From NCBI GenBank assembly GCA_002269645.1, contig NIVC01000013.1:558001-622000 (forward strand): a stretch of 64,000 bases of DNA, given 5' to 3'. Source of the DNA: Macrostomum lignano (lineage: Eukaryota). The position numbers and the translations under genes are program-made. Shown piece by piece: positions 37,701-51,300 of this stretch (its first letter is position 1; the number at the start of each line of letters is the position of its first letter). The notes under the pieces are model-generated. The model saw only the letters and a program-made list of their open reading frames with translations, was not told where the DNA came from and did not search any database.

Positions 37701-38760
37701 AAAGGCGATTCTTAGAACAGGTCAATGACGATTCTTAGAACAGGTAAAAGGCGATTCTTAGAACAGATCAAGGACGATTCTTAGAACAGGTAAAAGGCGA
37801 TTCTTAGAACAGGTCAATGACGATTCTTAGAACAGGTAAAAGGCGATTCTTAGAACAGGTCAATGACGATTCTTAGAACAGGTAAAAGGCGATTCTTAGA
37901 ACAGATCAAGGACGATTCTTAGAACAGGTCAAGGACGATTCTTAGAACAGGTAAAAGGCGATTCTTAGAACAGGTCAAGGGCGATTCTTAGAACAGGTCA
38001 AGGGCGATTCTAAGAACAGGTCAAGGGCGATTCTTAGAACAGGTCAAGGGCGATTATTAGAACAGGTCAAAGGCGATTCTTAGAACAGGTCAAGGGCGAT
38101 TCTTAGAACAGGTCAAGGGCGATTCTTAGAACAGGTCAAGGGCGATTCTTAGAACAGGTCAAGGGCGATTCTTAGAACAGGTCAAGGGCGATTCTTAGAA
38201 CAGGTCAACAGAATTTCAACAGAATAACAAACCAAACAAGCCGGCACTCACGCCTGCCTTCCTCGTATGAGATTCCAGGCTCGCAGGGTGCAATCGTCCC
38301 CAATAGACAGAGCCAGCCGACCCGACTGGTGCACTCCCAGAGATCTGACGCCCTCCTTATGCCGACGCATTGTCCGAAGGCACTCCCAGCCGCGGCAAGA
38401 CCAAATCGCTAAGCTCTTATCGCTGCTGCAGCTTAGCAGATGAGAATCGCCAAAGAATGCCAGATCCGTAACTCCGCCTTCGTGCTGCATCAACTGGCCC
38501 AGCTTGCGCAGATTAGACAGATTGTACAGACTAATCTGTTCGTCTCGAGAGCCGCTGGCTAGCCGGCCATTGGGAGACACAGCTAAACAAGCTATCGCCT
38601 TCAGGTGCGCCGACGCTTCGGTGAATAGAGGCCGAAGTGTACGCGAAAGCGACGAAGATTGATCAGACGGAGTGTCTGCTGACAGATTGCTGACTGAGTA
38701 ACCGGCTAGGCCACCCTCTAGGGTGCCGATCACCAGGACTGGGGCGGACTTGTCACGTGA
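34777..38760 (-). CDS. PAK1IP1: PAK1IP1/Mak11-like WD40 ribosome-biogenesis protein; initiator ATG not found
   Basis: Exons 38760-38252, 36009-35590 and 35050-34777 join in phase. VLVIGTLEG; AHLKAIACLAVSPNGRLASGSRDEQISLYNL; HEGGVTDLAF; LLSCSSDKSLAIW; HKEGVRSLGVHQSGRLALSIGDDCTLRAWNLIRGRQA|YALKLK; basic C-terminal tail KLRRKSAKKAA. Confidence 0.78.
36092..37146. repeat. ~41-bp minisatellite (CCCCAGGGTTTCTCAATTATGGCTGCTACCCCTCCTCTAC)n
   Basis: Direct reading; intron 38251-36010. Confidence 0.94.
37565..38207. repeat. 23-bp minisatellite (GATTCTTAGAACAGGTCAAGGGC)n
   Basis: Direct reading. Confidence 0.94.
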
Positions 38761-38837
38761 CTGCAATTTTAGTAGCAATAAAATTAGTTTAATGGGAGAT
38801 AATGCACTGCTAGATAAGGAGATTGACTTAGGAACAA

Positions 38838-41800
38838 TTTTTTGAGAACACTATTCCATTCTGAGACTGTTTTTGAGAACACTATTCCATTCTGAGACTG
38901 TTTTTGAGAACACTATTCCATTCTGAGACAGTTTTTGAGAACACTACTCCATTCTGAGACTGTTTTTGAGAACACTATTCCATTCTGAGACTGTTTTTGA
39001 GAACACTATTCCATTCTGAGACTGTTTTTGAGAACACTATTCCATTCTGAGACAGTTTTTGAGAACACTACTCCATTCTGAGACTGTTTTTGAGAACACT
39101 ATGCCATTCTGAGACTGTTTTTGAGAACACTATTCCATTCTGAGACTGTTTTTGAGAACACTATGCCATTCTGAGACTGTTTTTGAGAACACTATTCTAT
39201 TCTGAGACTGTTTTTGAGAACACTACTCCATTCTGAGACTGTTTTTGAGAACACTACTCCATTCTGAGACTGTTTTTGAGAACACTATTCCATTCTGAGA
39301 CTGTTTTTGAGAACACTATTCCATTCTGAGACAGTTTTTGAGAACACTACTCCATTCTGAGACTGTTTTTGAGAACACTATGCCATTCTGAGACTGTTTT
39401 TGAGAACACTATTCCATTCTGAGACTGTTTTTGAGAACACTATGCCATTCTGAGACTGTTTTTGAGAACACTATTCTATTCTGAGACTGTTTTTGAGAAC
39501 ACTACTCCATTCTGAGACTGTTTTTGAGAACACTATGCCATTCTGAGACTGTTTTTGAGAACACTATTCCATTCTGAGACTGTTTTTGAGAACACTATTC
39601 CATTTTGAGACTGTTTTTGAGAACACTATTCCATTCTGAGACTGTTTTTGAGAACACTATGCCATTCTGAGACTGTTGTTGAGAACACTACTCCATTCTG
39701 ATACTGTTTTTGAGAACACTATGCCATTCTGAGACTGTTTTTGAGAACACTATGCCATTCTGAGACTGTTTTTGAGAACACTATGCCATTCTGAGACTGT
39801 TTTTGAGAACACTATTCCATTCTGAGACTGTTTTTGAGAACACTATTCCATTCTGAGACTGTTTTTGAGAACACTATTCCATTCTGAGACTGTTTTTGAG
39901 AACACTATTACATTTTGAGACTGTTTTTGAGAACACTATTCCATTCTGAGACAGTTTTTGAGAACACTATTCTATTCTGAGACTGTTTTTGAGAACACTA
40001 TTCCATTCTGAGACTGTTTTTGAGAACACTACTCCATTCTGAGACTGTTTTTGAGAACACTATGCCATTCTGAGACTGTTTTTGAGAACACTATTCCATT
40101 CTGAGACTGTTTTTGAGAACACTATGCCATTCTGAGACTGTTTTTGAGAACACTATTCCATTCTGAGACTGTTTTTGAGAACACTATGCCATTCTGAGAC
40201 TGTTTTTGAGAACACTACTCCATTCTGAGACTGTTTTTGAGAACACTACTCCATTCTGAGACTGTTTTTGAGAACACTATGCCATTCTGAGACTGTTTTT
40301 GAGAACACTATGCCATTCTGAGACCGTTTTTGAGAACACTATTTCATTCTGAGAACACTATTCCATTCTGAGACAGTTTTTGAGAACACTATTCTATTCT
40401 GAGACTGTTTTTGAGAACACTATTCCATTCTGAGACTGTTTTTGAGAACACTACTCCATTCTGAGACTGTTTTTGAGAACACTACTCCATTCTGAGACTG
40501 TTTTTGAGAACACTATGCCATTCTGAGACTGTTTTTGAGAACACTATGCCATTCTGAGACCGTTTTTGAGAACACTATTTCATTCTGAGAACACTATTCC
40601 ATTCTGAGACAGTTTTTGAGAACACTATTCTATTCTGAGACTGTTTTTGAGAACACTATTCCATTCTGAGACTGTTTTTGAGAACACTATGCCATTCTGA
40701 GACTGTTTTTGAGAACACTATGCCATTCTGAGACTGTTTTTGAGAACACTATGCCATTCTGAGACCGTTTTTGAGAACACTATGCCATTCTGAGACTGTT
40801 TTTGAGAACACTATTCTATTCTGAGACTGTTTTTGAGAACACTATTCCATTCTGAGACTGTTTTTGAGAACACTACTCCATTCTGAGACTGTTTTTGAGA
40901 ACACTATGCCATTCTGAGACTGTTTTTGAGAACACTATACCATTCTGAGACTGTTTTTGAGAACACTATGCCATTCTGAGACTGTTTTTGAGAACACTAT
41001 TCCATTCTGAGACTGTTTTTGAGAACACTATGCCATTCTGAGACTGTTGTTGAGAACACTACTCCATTCTGATACTGTTTTTGAGAACACTATGCCATTC
41101 TGAGACTGTTTTTGAGAACACTATGCCATTCTGAGACTGTTTTTGAGAACACTATGCCATTCTGAGACTGTTTTTGAGAACACTATTCCATTCTGAGACT
41201 GTTTTTGAGAACACTATTCCATTCTGAGACTGTTTTTGAGAACACTATTCCATTCTGAGACTGTTTTTGAGAACACTATTCCATTTTGAGACTGTTTTTG
41301 AGAACACTATTCCATTCTGAGACAGTTTTTGAGAACACTATTCTATTCTGAGACTGTTTTTGAGAACACTATTCCATTCTGAGACTGTTTTTTGAGAACA
41401 CTACTCCATTCTGAGACTGTTTTTGAGAACACTATGCCATTCTGAGACTGTTTTTGAGAACACTATGCCATTCTGAGACTGTTTTTGAGAACACTACTCC
41501 ATTCTGAGACTGTTTTTGAGAACACTATTCCATTCTGAGACTGTTTTTGAGAACACTATGCCATTCTGAGACTGTTTTTGAGAACACTATGCCATTCTGA
41601 GACCGTTTTTGAGAACACTATTTCATTCTGAGAACACTATTCCATTCTGAGACAGTTTTTGAGAACACTATTCTATTCTGAGACTGTTTTTGAGAACACT
41701 ATTCCATTCTGAGACTGTTTTTGAGAACACTACTCCATTCTGAGACTGTTTTTGAGAACACTACTCCATTCTGAGACTGTTTTTGAGAACACTATGCCAT

Positions 41801-42251
41801 TCTGAGACTGTTTTTGAGAACACTATGCCATTCTGAGACCGTTTTTGAGAACACTATTTCATTCTGAGAACACTATTCCATTCTGAGACAGTTTTTGAGA
41901 ACACTATTCTATTCTGAGACTGTTTTTGAGAACACTATTCCATTGTGAGACTGTTTTTGAGAACACTATGCCATTCTGAGACTGTTTTTGAGAACACTAT
42001 TCCATTCTGAGACTGTTTTTGAGAACACTATGCCATTCTGAGACTGTTTTTGAGAACACTATGCCATTCTGAGACCGTTTTTGAGAACACTATTTCATTC
42101 TGAGAACACTATTCCATTCTGAGACAGTTTTTGAGAACACTATTCTATTCTGAGACTGTTTTTGAGAACACTATTCCATTCTGAGACTGTTTTTGAGAAC
42201 ACTACTCCATTCTGAGACTGTTTTTGAGAACACTATGCCATTCTGAGACTC
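38838..42251. repeat. 3.4-kb 31-bp satellite (GAGAACACTATTCCATTCTGAGACTGTTTTT)n
   Basis: About 110 monomers directly upstream of the PAK1IP1-like acceptor. Confidence 0.97.
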
Positions 42252-42957
42252 AAGTGAATAAATAAACAGTAAAATAATAACAAACGCAGAACATGTTAAT
42301 GAATGCCAAAACAGCTAGTAACTAAGGGATCATTATGCATATTTTGTATTTGTATAAATATTATTGGTAGAATTAATGAAAAAACTTGATTGCACCTCAA
42401 TAAGCTACTACAGACTACTAATAATGTCTCAATATCAATAGAATACCAATAGAATAAGTGTAATATATAATAAACATAAGGCTATAAATTCTAAGCAAAA
42501 AAACTCGAATGATTCCAATCGAATGTTTGGCGTAAAGAATACCAAAAAGATTGTTTTATGAAAATATATAAAATAGTCGATATATTGTTGAAAAAAAACT
42601 TGTCTGCAAAAAATCTAGAGGCACTACTTGTAACCTAATGGAGTATATAATGAAGATTGGTAATGCGTACTGATCAAAGAGAACTACAATACCTATTGCA
42701 CTCAATATCATAAAATTTATTGTAAACTGGAGATTCGTTGTTGCATATAAAAATGGGATTGAAAACGTCTAGCAATGGCTAAAACTGCCAATAAATCACC
42801 ATAAAATAGATGCGAGCCTATTCAATAATAGTATTGATATATATATGTGTATATAGTATGCACTGAATTGCTATGGCTATAAATATTATGTTGGATATAC
42901 GATGGGCAGCCTTCACCAGACAGATGATATGACAAATTGAATAGACAAACTGGAATA

Positions 42958-43606
<649 letters not shown>

Positions 43607-43692
43607 ATCCAGAGCAGCTAACAGATATAGATAGTCAAAGCTCCCCATATGTCCATACTACTGTTAGTAGCAGCTGACACGAAGCCCGCAGT

Positions 43693-45666
43693 CTAAGCCG
43701 GCAGCACTTCAGTCTTGAAGTCCTTAGTAACCAGGATGAGCAGGCTGCCGGACTGCGGCACGTCGGCGGCCCCGCTGACCCAGTTGGCAAGCAGGTCGGC
43801 CACAAAGCTCAGCGGAGTCCACTCGCTGAGGCCGGCCTCGCCCATGGCCCGCCTGTTAGCCGGGGTGTCCAGCGTGACGGGCAGGATAGCCAGGGCGCGG
43901 GCGCCACTGGGTAGGCCCGAGTTTTTCTCGGCAAGTGAGCGAACCTGAGGTAAAAATAGGCGAGGTTTGATACAAAATGTGAATAAGAACACATTGAATC
44001 AATCGGAAAGATGAGATAAAGGTTGCGGATTGAAGAGAAAAAAATCCGATCAAGAGAAGAAAATGAAGGGATTAAATGAAGGTCATGAAGCGATCCGATG
44101 AAAGGAATGAAGGGATCAGATGAATGAATGGAATGAAGGGATCAGATGAAGGGAATGAAGGGATCAGATGAAGGGAATGAAGGGATCAGATGAAGGGAAT
44201 GAAGGGATCAGATGAAGGGAATGAAGGGATCAGATGAAGGGAATGAAGGGATCAGATGAATGAATGGAATGAAGGGATCAGATGAATGGAATTAAGGGAT
44301 CAGGTGAAGGGAATTAAGGGATCAGATGAATGGAATTAAGGGATCAGGTGAAGGGAATTAAGGGATCAGGTGAAGGTAATTAAGGGATCAGGTGAAGGTA
44401 ATTAAGGGATCAGGTGAAGGGAATTAAGGGATCAGATGAATGGAATTAAGGGATCAGGTGAAGGGAATGAAGGGATCAGATGAATGGAATTAAGGGATCA
44501 GATGAATGGAATTAAGGGATCAGATGAATGGAATTAAGGGATCAGATGAATGGAATTAAGGGATCAGATGAATGAAATTAAGAGATCAGGTGAAGGGAAT
44601 GAAGGGATCAGGTGAAGAGAATTAAGGGATCAGGTGAATGAAGGGAATGAAGGGATCAGATGAAGGGAATGAAGGGATCAGGTGAAGGGAATGAAGGGAT
44701 CAGATGAAGGGAATGAAGGGATCAGATGAAGGGAATGAAGGGATCAGATGAATGAATGGAATGAAGGGATCAGGTGAAGGGAATGAAGGAATCAGATGAA
44801 TGAATGGATCAAATGAAGGGAATGAAGGGATCAGATGAATGAATGGAATGAAGGGATCAGATGAAGGGAATGAAGGGATCAGATGAAGGGAATGAAGGGA
44901 TCAGATGAAGGGAATGAAGGGATCAGATGAATGAATGGAATGAAGGGATCAGATGAAGGGAATGAAGGGATCAGATGAAGGGAATGAAGGGATCAGATGA
45001 AGGGAATGAAGGGATCAGATGAATGAATGGAATGAAGGGATCAGATGAAGGGAATTAAGGGATCGAATGGCAGGAAAGGAATAAAGGAATCTGATGAAAG
45101 GTCATAAGGGATAAAGGGCACAAGTGGAATGAAGGGACTGGACTGAAATGCTAAAAATGCAGTTGGCACACAGACAGACGAGGGCCGCTCACCAGATGAT
45201 GCACGGCAGCCTTGGCCATGCCGTAGCCGATCATGCCGGGCGTCGGTCCCAACGCCGGCTGGGCGCCGGTGAGCAGCAGCAGAGAGTCCTTGGAGTCCAG
45301 CAGGTGCTTGGCGGCCAGAGAAGCGGCAATAACGCTAGTCCAGACCGACTGCTTCAGCACCAAGTCACAGTTGGCGACGAAATTGTCGCTGCCGGCGTCT
45401 CCGCCGGCCCAGCCGCCGGCAACGCAGATCACGGCGTCGAGTTTAGCGCCGTCCAACACTTTGGCAACGTCGGCGACTACGGCGGCGTGTTGATCGGTTA
45501 GACTGCCGCCAGAAGGCGACACGGCTACGCTAGCATCGGCGTCGGGATTGTCAGCGCCGATGTCTACGCTGCACACCCAGCAGCCCAGCTGTTTGAATTT
45601 CATTACGCAGGCTGAGCCAAGGGCGCCGCGACCGCCGTACACGAGGATTCGTTTGGTTGAGGACAT
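43693..45666 (-). CDS. QDPR: Dihydropteridine reductase (SDR family), 2 exons
   Basis: Exon 45666-45193 (MSSTKRILVYGGRGALG...DAVICVAGGWAGG...QSVWTS...LTGAQPAL...GMIGYGMAKAAVHHL) spliced at phase 0 to 43944-43693 (VRSLAEKNSGLP...LPVTLDTPANRRAM...WTPL). Confidence 0.92.
44095..45065. repeat. 22-bp minisatellite (GAAGGGAATGAAGGGATCAGAT)n in the QDPR intron
   Basis: Direct reading. Confidence 0.94.
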
Positions 45667-45769
45667 GTTGCTTTTGGCTTGCTTGAATTGGGGGGAATCG
45701 CTGCTGTTAGTGCCGCCAATGCACATGCATTAGGTTGATTGTAGGAGTTTACTGTCACTGCCATCCATC

Positions 45770-46065
45770 ATCAGTGTCACTCCTCACTCACTCTGTCACT
45801 CCCACTCAGTGTCACTCCTCACTTACCCTGTCACTCCCACTCAGTGTCACTCCTCACTTGCCCTGTCACTCCCACTCAGTGTCACTCCTCACTCACTCTG
45901 TCACTCCCACTCAGTGTCACTCCTCACTTACCCTGTCACTCCCACTCAGTGTCACTCCTCACTTGCCCTGTCACTCCTCACTCACTCTGTCACTCCTCAC
46001 TTGCCCTGTCACTCCCACTCAGTGTCACTCCTCACTCACTCTGTCACCCCTCACTCACTCACTCT
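45770..46065. repeat. 35-bp minisatellite (TCACTCCTCACTTGCCCTGTCACTCCCACTCAGTG)n
   Basis: Direct reading; ~100 bp upstream of the QDPR ATG. Confidence 0.9.
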
Positions 46066-46769
46066 GTCCGGTAAAAACTAGAAGAAATGATAAAAGTCAA
46101 CGCATTCGACACGATTAAAATAGATAATGCAATTAGCCATATATATATATAATAATTAATGTATTACCTGCAGATGAGTGGTCACAAATCAGACAATAAA
46201 AAATCTATATTACGCGCATATCAGATTCATATCTACTATAGTGGACAACAGCTAACACGAAGGCGCATTGTTTAAATGTTAGCGCTAGAAGTTACTATTA
46301 AAACGAAAGTTGAAATCAGTAAAAATAATTGGAATTATAATTTTTAAACGAAATAAACGGTACAATTGTTCAGCATGGCCATCTAGCAGACACAGCAGCA
46401 CTAGCGAAATTTATTTTAATAATAATTATGCCTAAGTCGGGAACAAACCAATACAACTTCAAGGCGGACAACAGACAGAATAAAATATTCCAGAACTATA
46501 ATGAGATAGTACTAAGGTGTCGGTTCATACTACTGGCACACTGGTGCAAAGTTACGCGCATATAATTATAATTTAAACAATCATAATTGCAATTAAAAAT
46601 TAAATTGAAATTCTACACTAAAATGGACAACCGGACAAATTGGATAGACCTGGCGAAAGGACACCTTTCTATGCACACGAAATCCTAGTGTAACCTCATC
46701 GCAACTGAAAGCACATTATAACAGGAATGGTGCACATTTATTAAAGCGCGCGGGGCCAGTGTACATTCG

Positions 46770-47030
46770 AGTGAGAGATTGGGGTGAGAGAGTCGCGTAG
46801 GGCTAGTCGGGAATAATGTACATCGGAGTGAGAGAGTGGGTGGGGGCTAGTCGGGATCAATGTACATTAGGGTGGGAGAGTGGGGCTGGTCGGGATCAAT
46901 GTACATTGGGGTAAGAGAGTGGGGGCTGGTCGGGATCAATGTACATTGGGGTAAGAGAGTGGGGGCTGGTCGGGATCAATGTGCATTTGGGTAAGAGTGG
47001 GAGCTAGTAATGAGTAATGTACATTGGGGT
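46770..47030. repeat. ~40-bp degenerate minisatellite (GGGATCAATGTACATTGGGGTAAGAGAGTGGGGGCTGGTC)n
   Basis: Direct reading. Confidence 0.85.
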
Positions 47031-48333
47031 GAACAATGAAAAATAGTCTGGGGACTAGTCGGTAACAAAGTACATTAGCTGTACACTGGGAGAAATTAGA
47101 GTAAATTTGGTTTTTCGATGATTATTCATCACACGTGTTCACATAATGATGGATAACAGAAGAATCTAAATAGTATTGCACGCTTGAAATATTTTTATAA
47201 CTTGTGACACACACTCGCATACAATAGGGGCATATTTTCGTACACATAGATAAGTTCCTATACCTGTTTATAAAATATTGAAGTATGTAACGATAAAAAA
47301 GAAATTAAAAGGAAGGTAATTATGGAAGTTAAAAAACATCTATAGGTGAGATGATCGGATCGTCTTTGTTTAAATTGTTTCAAGTTAATTTTGTTTGTTC
47401 GATTTAGTTGTAAATCTATAAATATACTAAATTTCATGCTATAAATTATTACCAGTAGACACATAATGATTTTTGTAACCAAGGTAATTACTACTTGACT
47501 TACAACTAAATATACATTTCATTTACGAACACATAAATGACCGGACAAAAACACACCTCTTCCTTGCTTCCGTCAACTCAGGGAGAATAAAAGCGCCAAA
47601 ATCCAAAAATGACTAATTATAAGGATCTTAAAATACAAGCAAAGTTTTTTTCTAAATCAAATACTTTGACGTTTAATATTGGTCGGTCGGTCAGGTCAGC
47701 TTAGACACAAATCTATGGAATGAAGGAGAACAATCTGTAAGAACGATAATGTAAGTTCACTCGACTGAAGCTACATGTATGCGCGTGAGTGCACCTGATA
47801 GTTAAAAAGCGGCTTTCCCGACTACTCCATCAATCAATTTCAAGCAAAAAGGACACCTTTGATCTTCAAAATATAACTGACACTATAGAAATTTATAATA
47901 TTAATAATAATAAAATATTCGACGATCTGTGGACACTCGCGTCCCTTGATGAATCAGATTCGCATCTCTAGCAAAAGTTTAGCGCCAATACAACGATTCT
48001 TGGGCGACTCTTTCGCGACTCTGTAACCATTCTGTACCTCACATGACGCATTTATGATGCAAGTCGCCTCTCCGTCACATTGGATTCTTGTATTCTTGTA
48101 AAGGTATCGTTTTTAACGGGTGTGCCCTGGAGGTTAGTCAGACGCGTTTACCAACTGAGCTGCTCTGCCAATGCACTCGTGGCATTATCCATTCAATCAA
48201 CAGTAGCATCCAACGACATAGGCGCTAACAAAAAAAGCAAAATAAAAAACATAAATCAAGCCTACAACAATTAATCAGTAGGTGAATTTCACAAGAAATT
48301 AAAAACAAACAAGCATTGGCTGACAAAATGGAA

Positions 48334-51300
48334 TTAAAGCTTGTAGAATGTCTCCTCAACGTCATTGGCGGAGACTAATTGCTTTGATCGAACCACCAGT
48401 TCGGGATTTGCCAGAGCATCAGCCGGTGAGCAGTCGGCTAAGCCGGGATCAGCCACAGTTGTCAGGGTAGGAGCGCCAGAGCCGTGCTGGCGCCTGGCCT
48501 GCTGGCTGTGCAGGTAGCGAGCCGTACGCCTGGCAGGCATGCAGCTGTAGGCAGCCTGGGTGTCTTCCTCTGATAGGCTGCGGCGTGGGGTGGGGACTCT
48601 TGCGTGAGGCTCAAGCTACTCTAACTGAGGATCTGAGAGGCTGGCCCAGCGACTGAGGATCTCGGAAGCAACTGAGGATCTGGGAGGGTCACCAAGCAAC
48701 TGAGGATTTGGAGGGTCGCCAAGCAACTGAGGATCTGGGAGGGTTGCCAAGCAACTGAGGATCTGGAGGGTTGCCAAGCAACTGAGGATCTGGGAGGGTT
48801 GCCAAGCAACTGAGGATCTGGGAGGGTCGCCAAGCAACTGAGGATCTGGAGGGTTGCCAAGCAACTGAGGATCTGGGAGGGTTGCCAAGCAACTGAGGAT
48901 CTGGAGGGTTGCCAAGCAACTGAGGATCTGGAGGGTTGCCAAGCAACTGAGGATCTGGAGGGTTGCCAAGCAACTGAGGATCTGGAGGGTTGCCAAGCAA
49001 CTGAGGATCTGGAGGGTCGCCAAGCAACTGAGGATCTGGGAGGGTTGCCAAGCAACTGAGGATCTGGAGGGTTGCCAAGCAACTGAGGATCTGGAGGGTT
49101 GCCAAGCAACTGAGGATCTGGAGGGTTGCCAAGCAACTGAGGATCTGGGAGGCTGGCCCAGCAACTGAGGATCTGGAGGGTTGCCAAGCAACTGAGGATC
49201 TGGGAGGCTGGCCCAGCAACTGAGGATCTGGGAGGCTGGCCAAGCAACTGAGGACCCCATCAAAGCTCTCATTAGTTTAACATTAGATAAAACAAGAAAT
49301 CAATGTTGAAAGTAAAACCGACCAGCCCTACCTGCTCTCATTCTCCAATTTTTCAACGTTAGTCTTTAACTGCATAAATTTGAGATCAAATTTTCTCAAA
49401 AATTCGTTAGAATCCATCTCGCTAAAATCTCTGTCGCTAGCAAAAGTTTTCGACCTGGTGACGGATGAAGAAGAAGCCGATTTCATCGAGTGGTTTGGCT
49501 TAGCCGAACTGTTAGCAGCCGCAGCAGGCTGAGCAGGTGCCTCATCATCGGCCACAAACTGCTCAAAGCTGACTTCCGCCTCAACCACAGTCGAGGGCGG
49601 AGTCGGGTTCCTAGAGGAAGTGCCCGAGGCGGAACCGCTGCGACTGCCAGCTGCCGGCCCAGAAAGCTCGGGCACTTTGATGCTGGACTTCAACTGTAGA
49701 CCATCGTTGCTCCACAAGCCGTTGAGTCTTTTCAGCTCTTCCACCTGAGTGGAAAATTAAGGTCATTGAGTTAGGCAGGCAACTAACAGCCAGAAAGGAG
49801 ACAAATTAGGAAGTAAAATTCAGGGGCTGGCCATAGAGGCACACAGATATGCAAGAAAGTATAGATGTAATTGCGATTAATGTTCTGTACCAAAGGTCGA
49901 CAAACGTTTTTATAAGGGCCAGATAAAGAATATACTTCATGGTCGCTGGTCAGATGAGAGTGGAAAGGAGAGAGAATGGATGAGAAATGAGAGAGAGGAG
50001 AGAGGGGGGAGAGGTGAACCTTTGTGTAGGCCAGAGTTTCAAGTAGGCCAGATTACTATTGTGAAGTTTTAAAAGACCCAAGGGCCAAATAAAGAGGGGT
50101 TTTGTAGGCCTGGCCACATATAGCCTGCAGGCCAGACTTTGCCAACCCTTGTTCTATACAAATCATTTTGAATGTTAAGCTATTTAACATTGATAATGTA
50201 TAAACAGAAAGGATATTTCCATTGCTAAAACTAAATACAAAAGTATAAAAATATAACTATAATTTAAACTTCTTACAATTTGAAACTTAAAGTTTTATGA
50301 ACCATATCTTATTAATGTTTTATATATTATAATAATAATGCCTCAACTTTAACTTTTGTTTGGCATTATAAATTTGGATCCCAGATGCGAATTCTAGCTA
50401 GATACTATTTATTTCAATATACAATATCCATATTTTTAATTCATATATTATCCAAAGTAATAAACTTTAAAAAATTGGGATTGCAAGAATTCTATCAGCT
50501 ATCAAATTTGAAGCACCTATCTATATAAGCCTAGAGCCTATATAAGCCTTAGTGCATTAAAAATATTGAATATATGTTCTAAAATTACTCATTTTATTTT
50601 ATGTTTCCTAGAAAGCATTATTTCAAATCTGCACTAAAAAATTATTTGTTTAAATGCTATGAACCACAAAAATATTTTTGTGACCAATCTTAGTTATAAA
50701 CAGTAAAGAATTTTTGTATAAATAGAAGCCTAGAACAGGCCAAAAAATAATTATCTACAAGCTAGCAAATTCACTTAGCAAACTAATATAATTGTTCCAT
50801 ATTAAAATTGCTAATTGCAGTATTCAAGAGACTTATTCATTTCTTTAGAGTATCAAGTCCTATATTGGGAGTTTTGAAAACAATTGAAAGCAAGTATCGC
50901 CTAAGAGCAATAATTACTATAGAGTAGCAAAATTGCCTTACCTTTAAGGCAGGAGAAACTGCCTCAGGGCAGTGAAATTGCTTAGAAGCTGTAACCCTTT
51001 GATCCTGGGAATATCCAAGGCTGAGAGAAAACTACTGTAGGAGCCATACATGCCTAACACCCATCCAAACCAGATGGGTAAAATGGCCACTGGCCAAGGT
51101 AAGTTGTAAAATCAAAAATGTGAAAAATGAAAAATTTGGAGAAGAAAGGAGAAAAGGAAAAGGAAAAAGGAAGAAGAGAGAAAAGGAAAGAGGAGAGAGA
51201 AAAAGAAAGAAGAAAAGAGAAAAAGGCAAGAAAAGTCATATAAAAAATAAAAATTAGGTTGTAATTGGGAGAAACTAAGTTGCAAATCTAGACAAAACTA

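Noticed and set aside
48125-48172. tRNA gene on the minus strand (AGCTCAGTTGGTAAACGCGTCTGACTAACCTCCAGG)
   Set aside because: It has an A-box/D-arm-like segment and a weak anticodon stem, but no T-arm (GTTCGA) or acceptor stem. At most a tRNA-derived fragment.
46100-48230. Additional small-exon gene between the LysM gene and QDPR
   Set aside because: Several donor- and acceptor-like sites are present, but I could not join them into a coherent reading frame.
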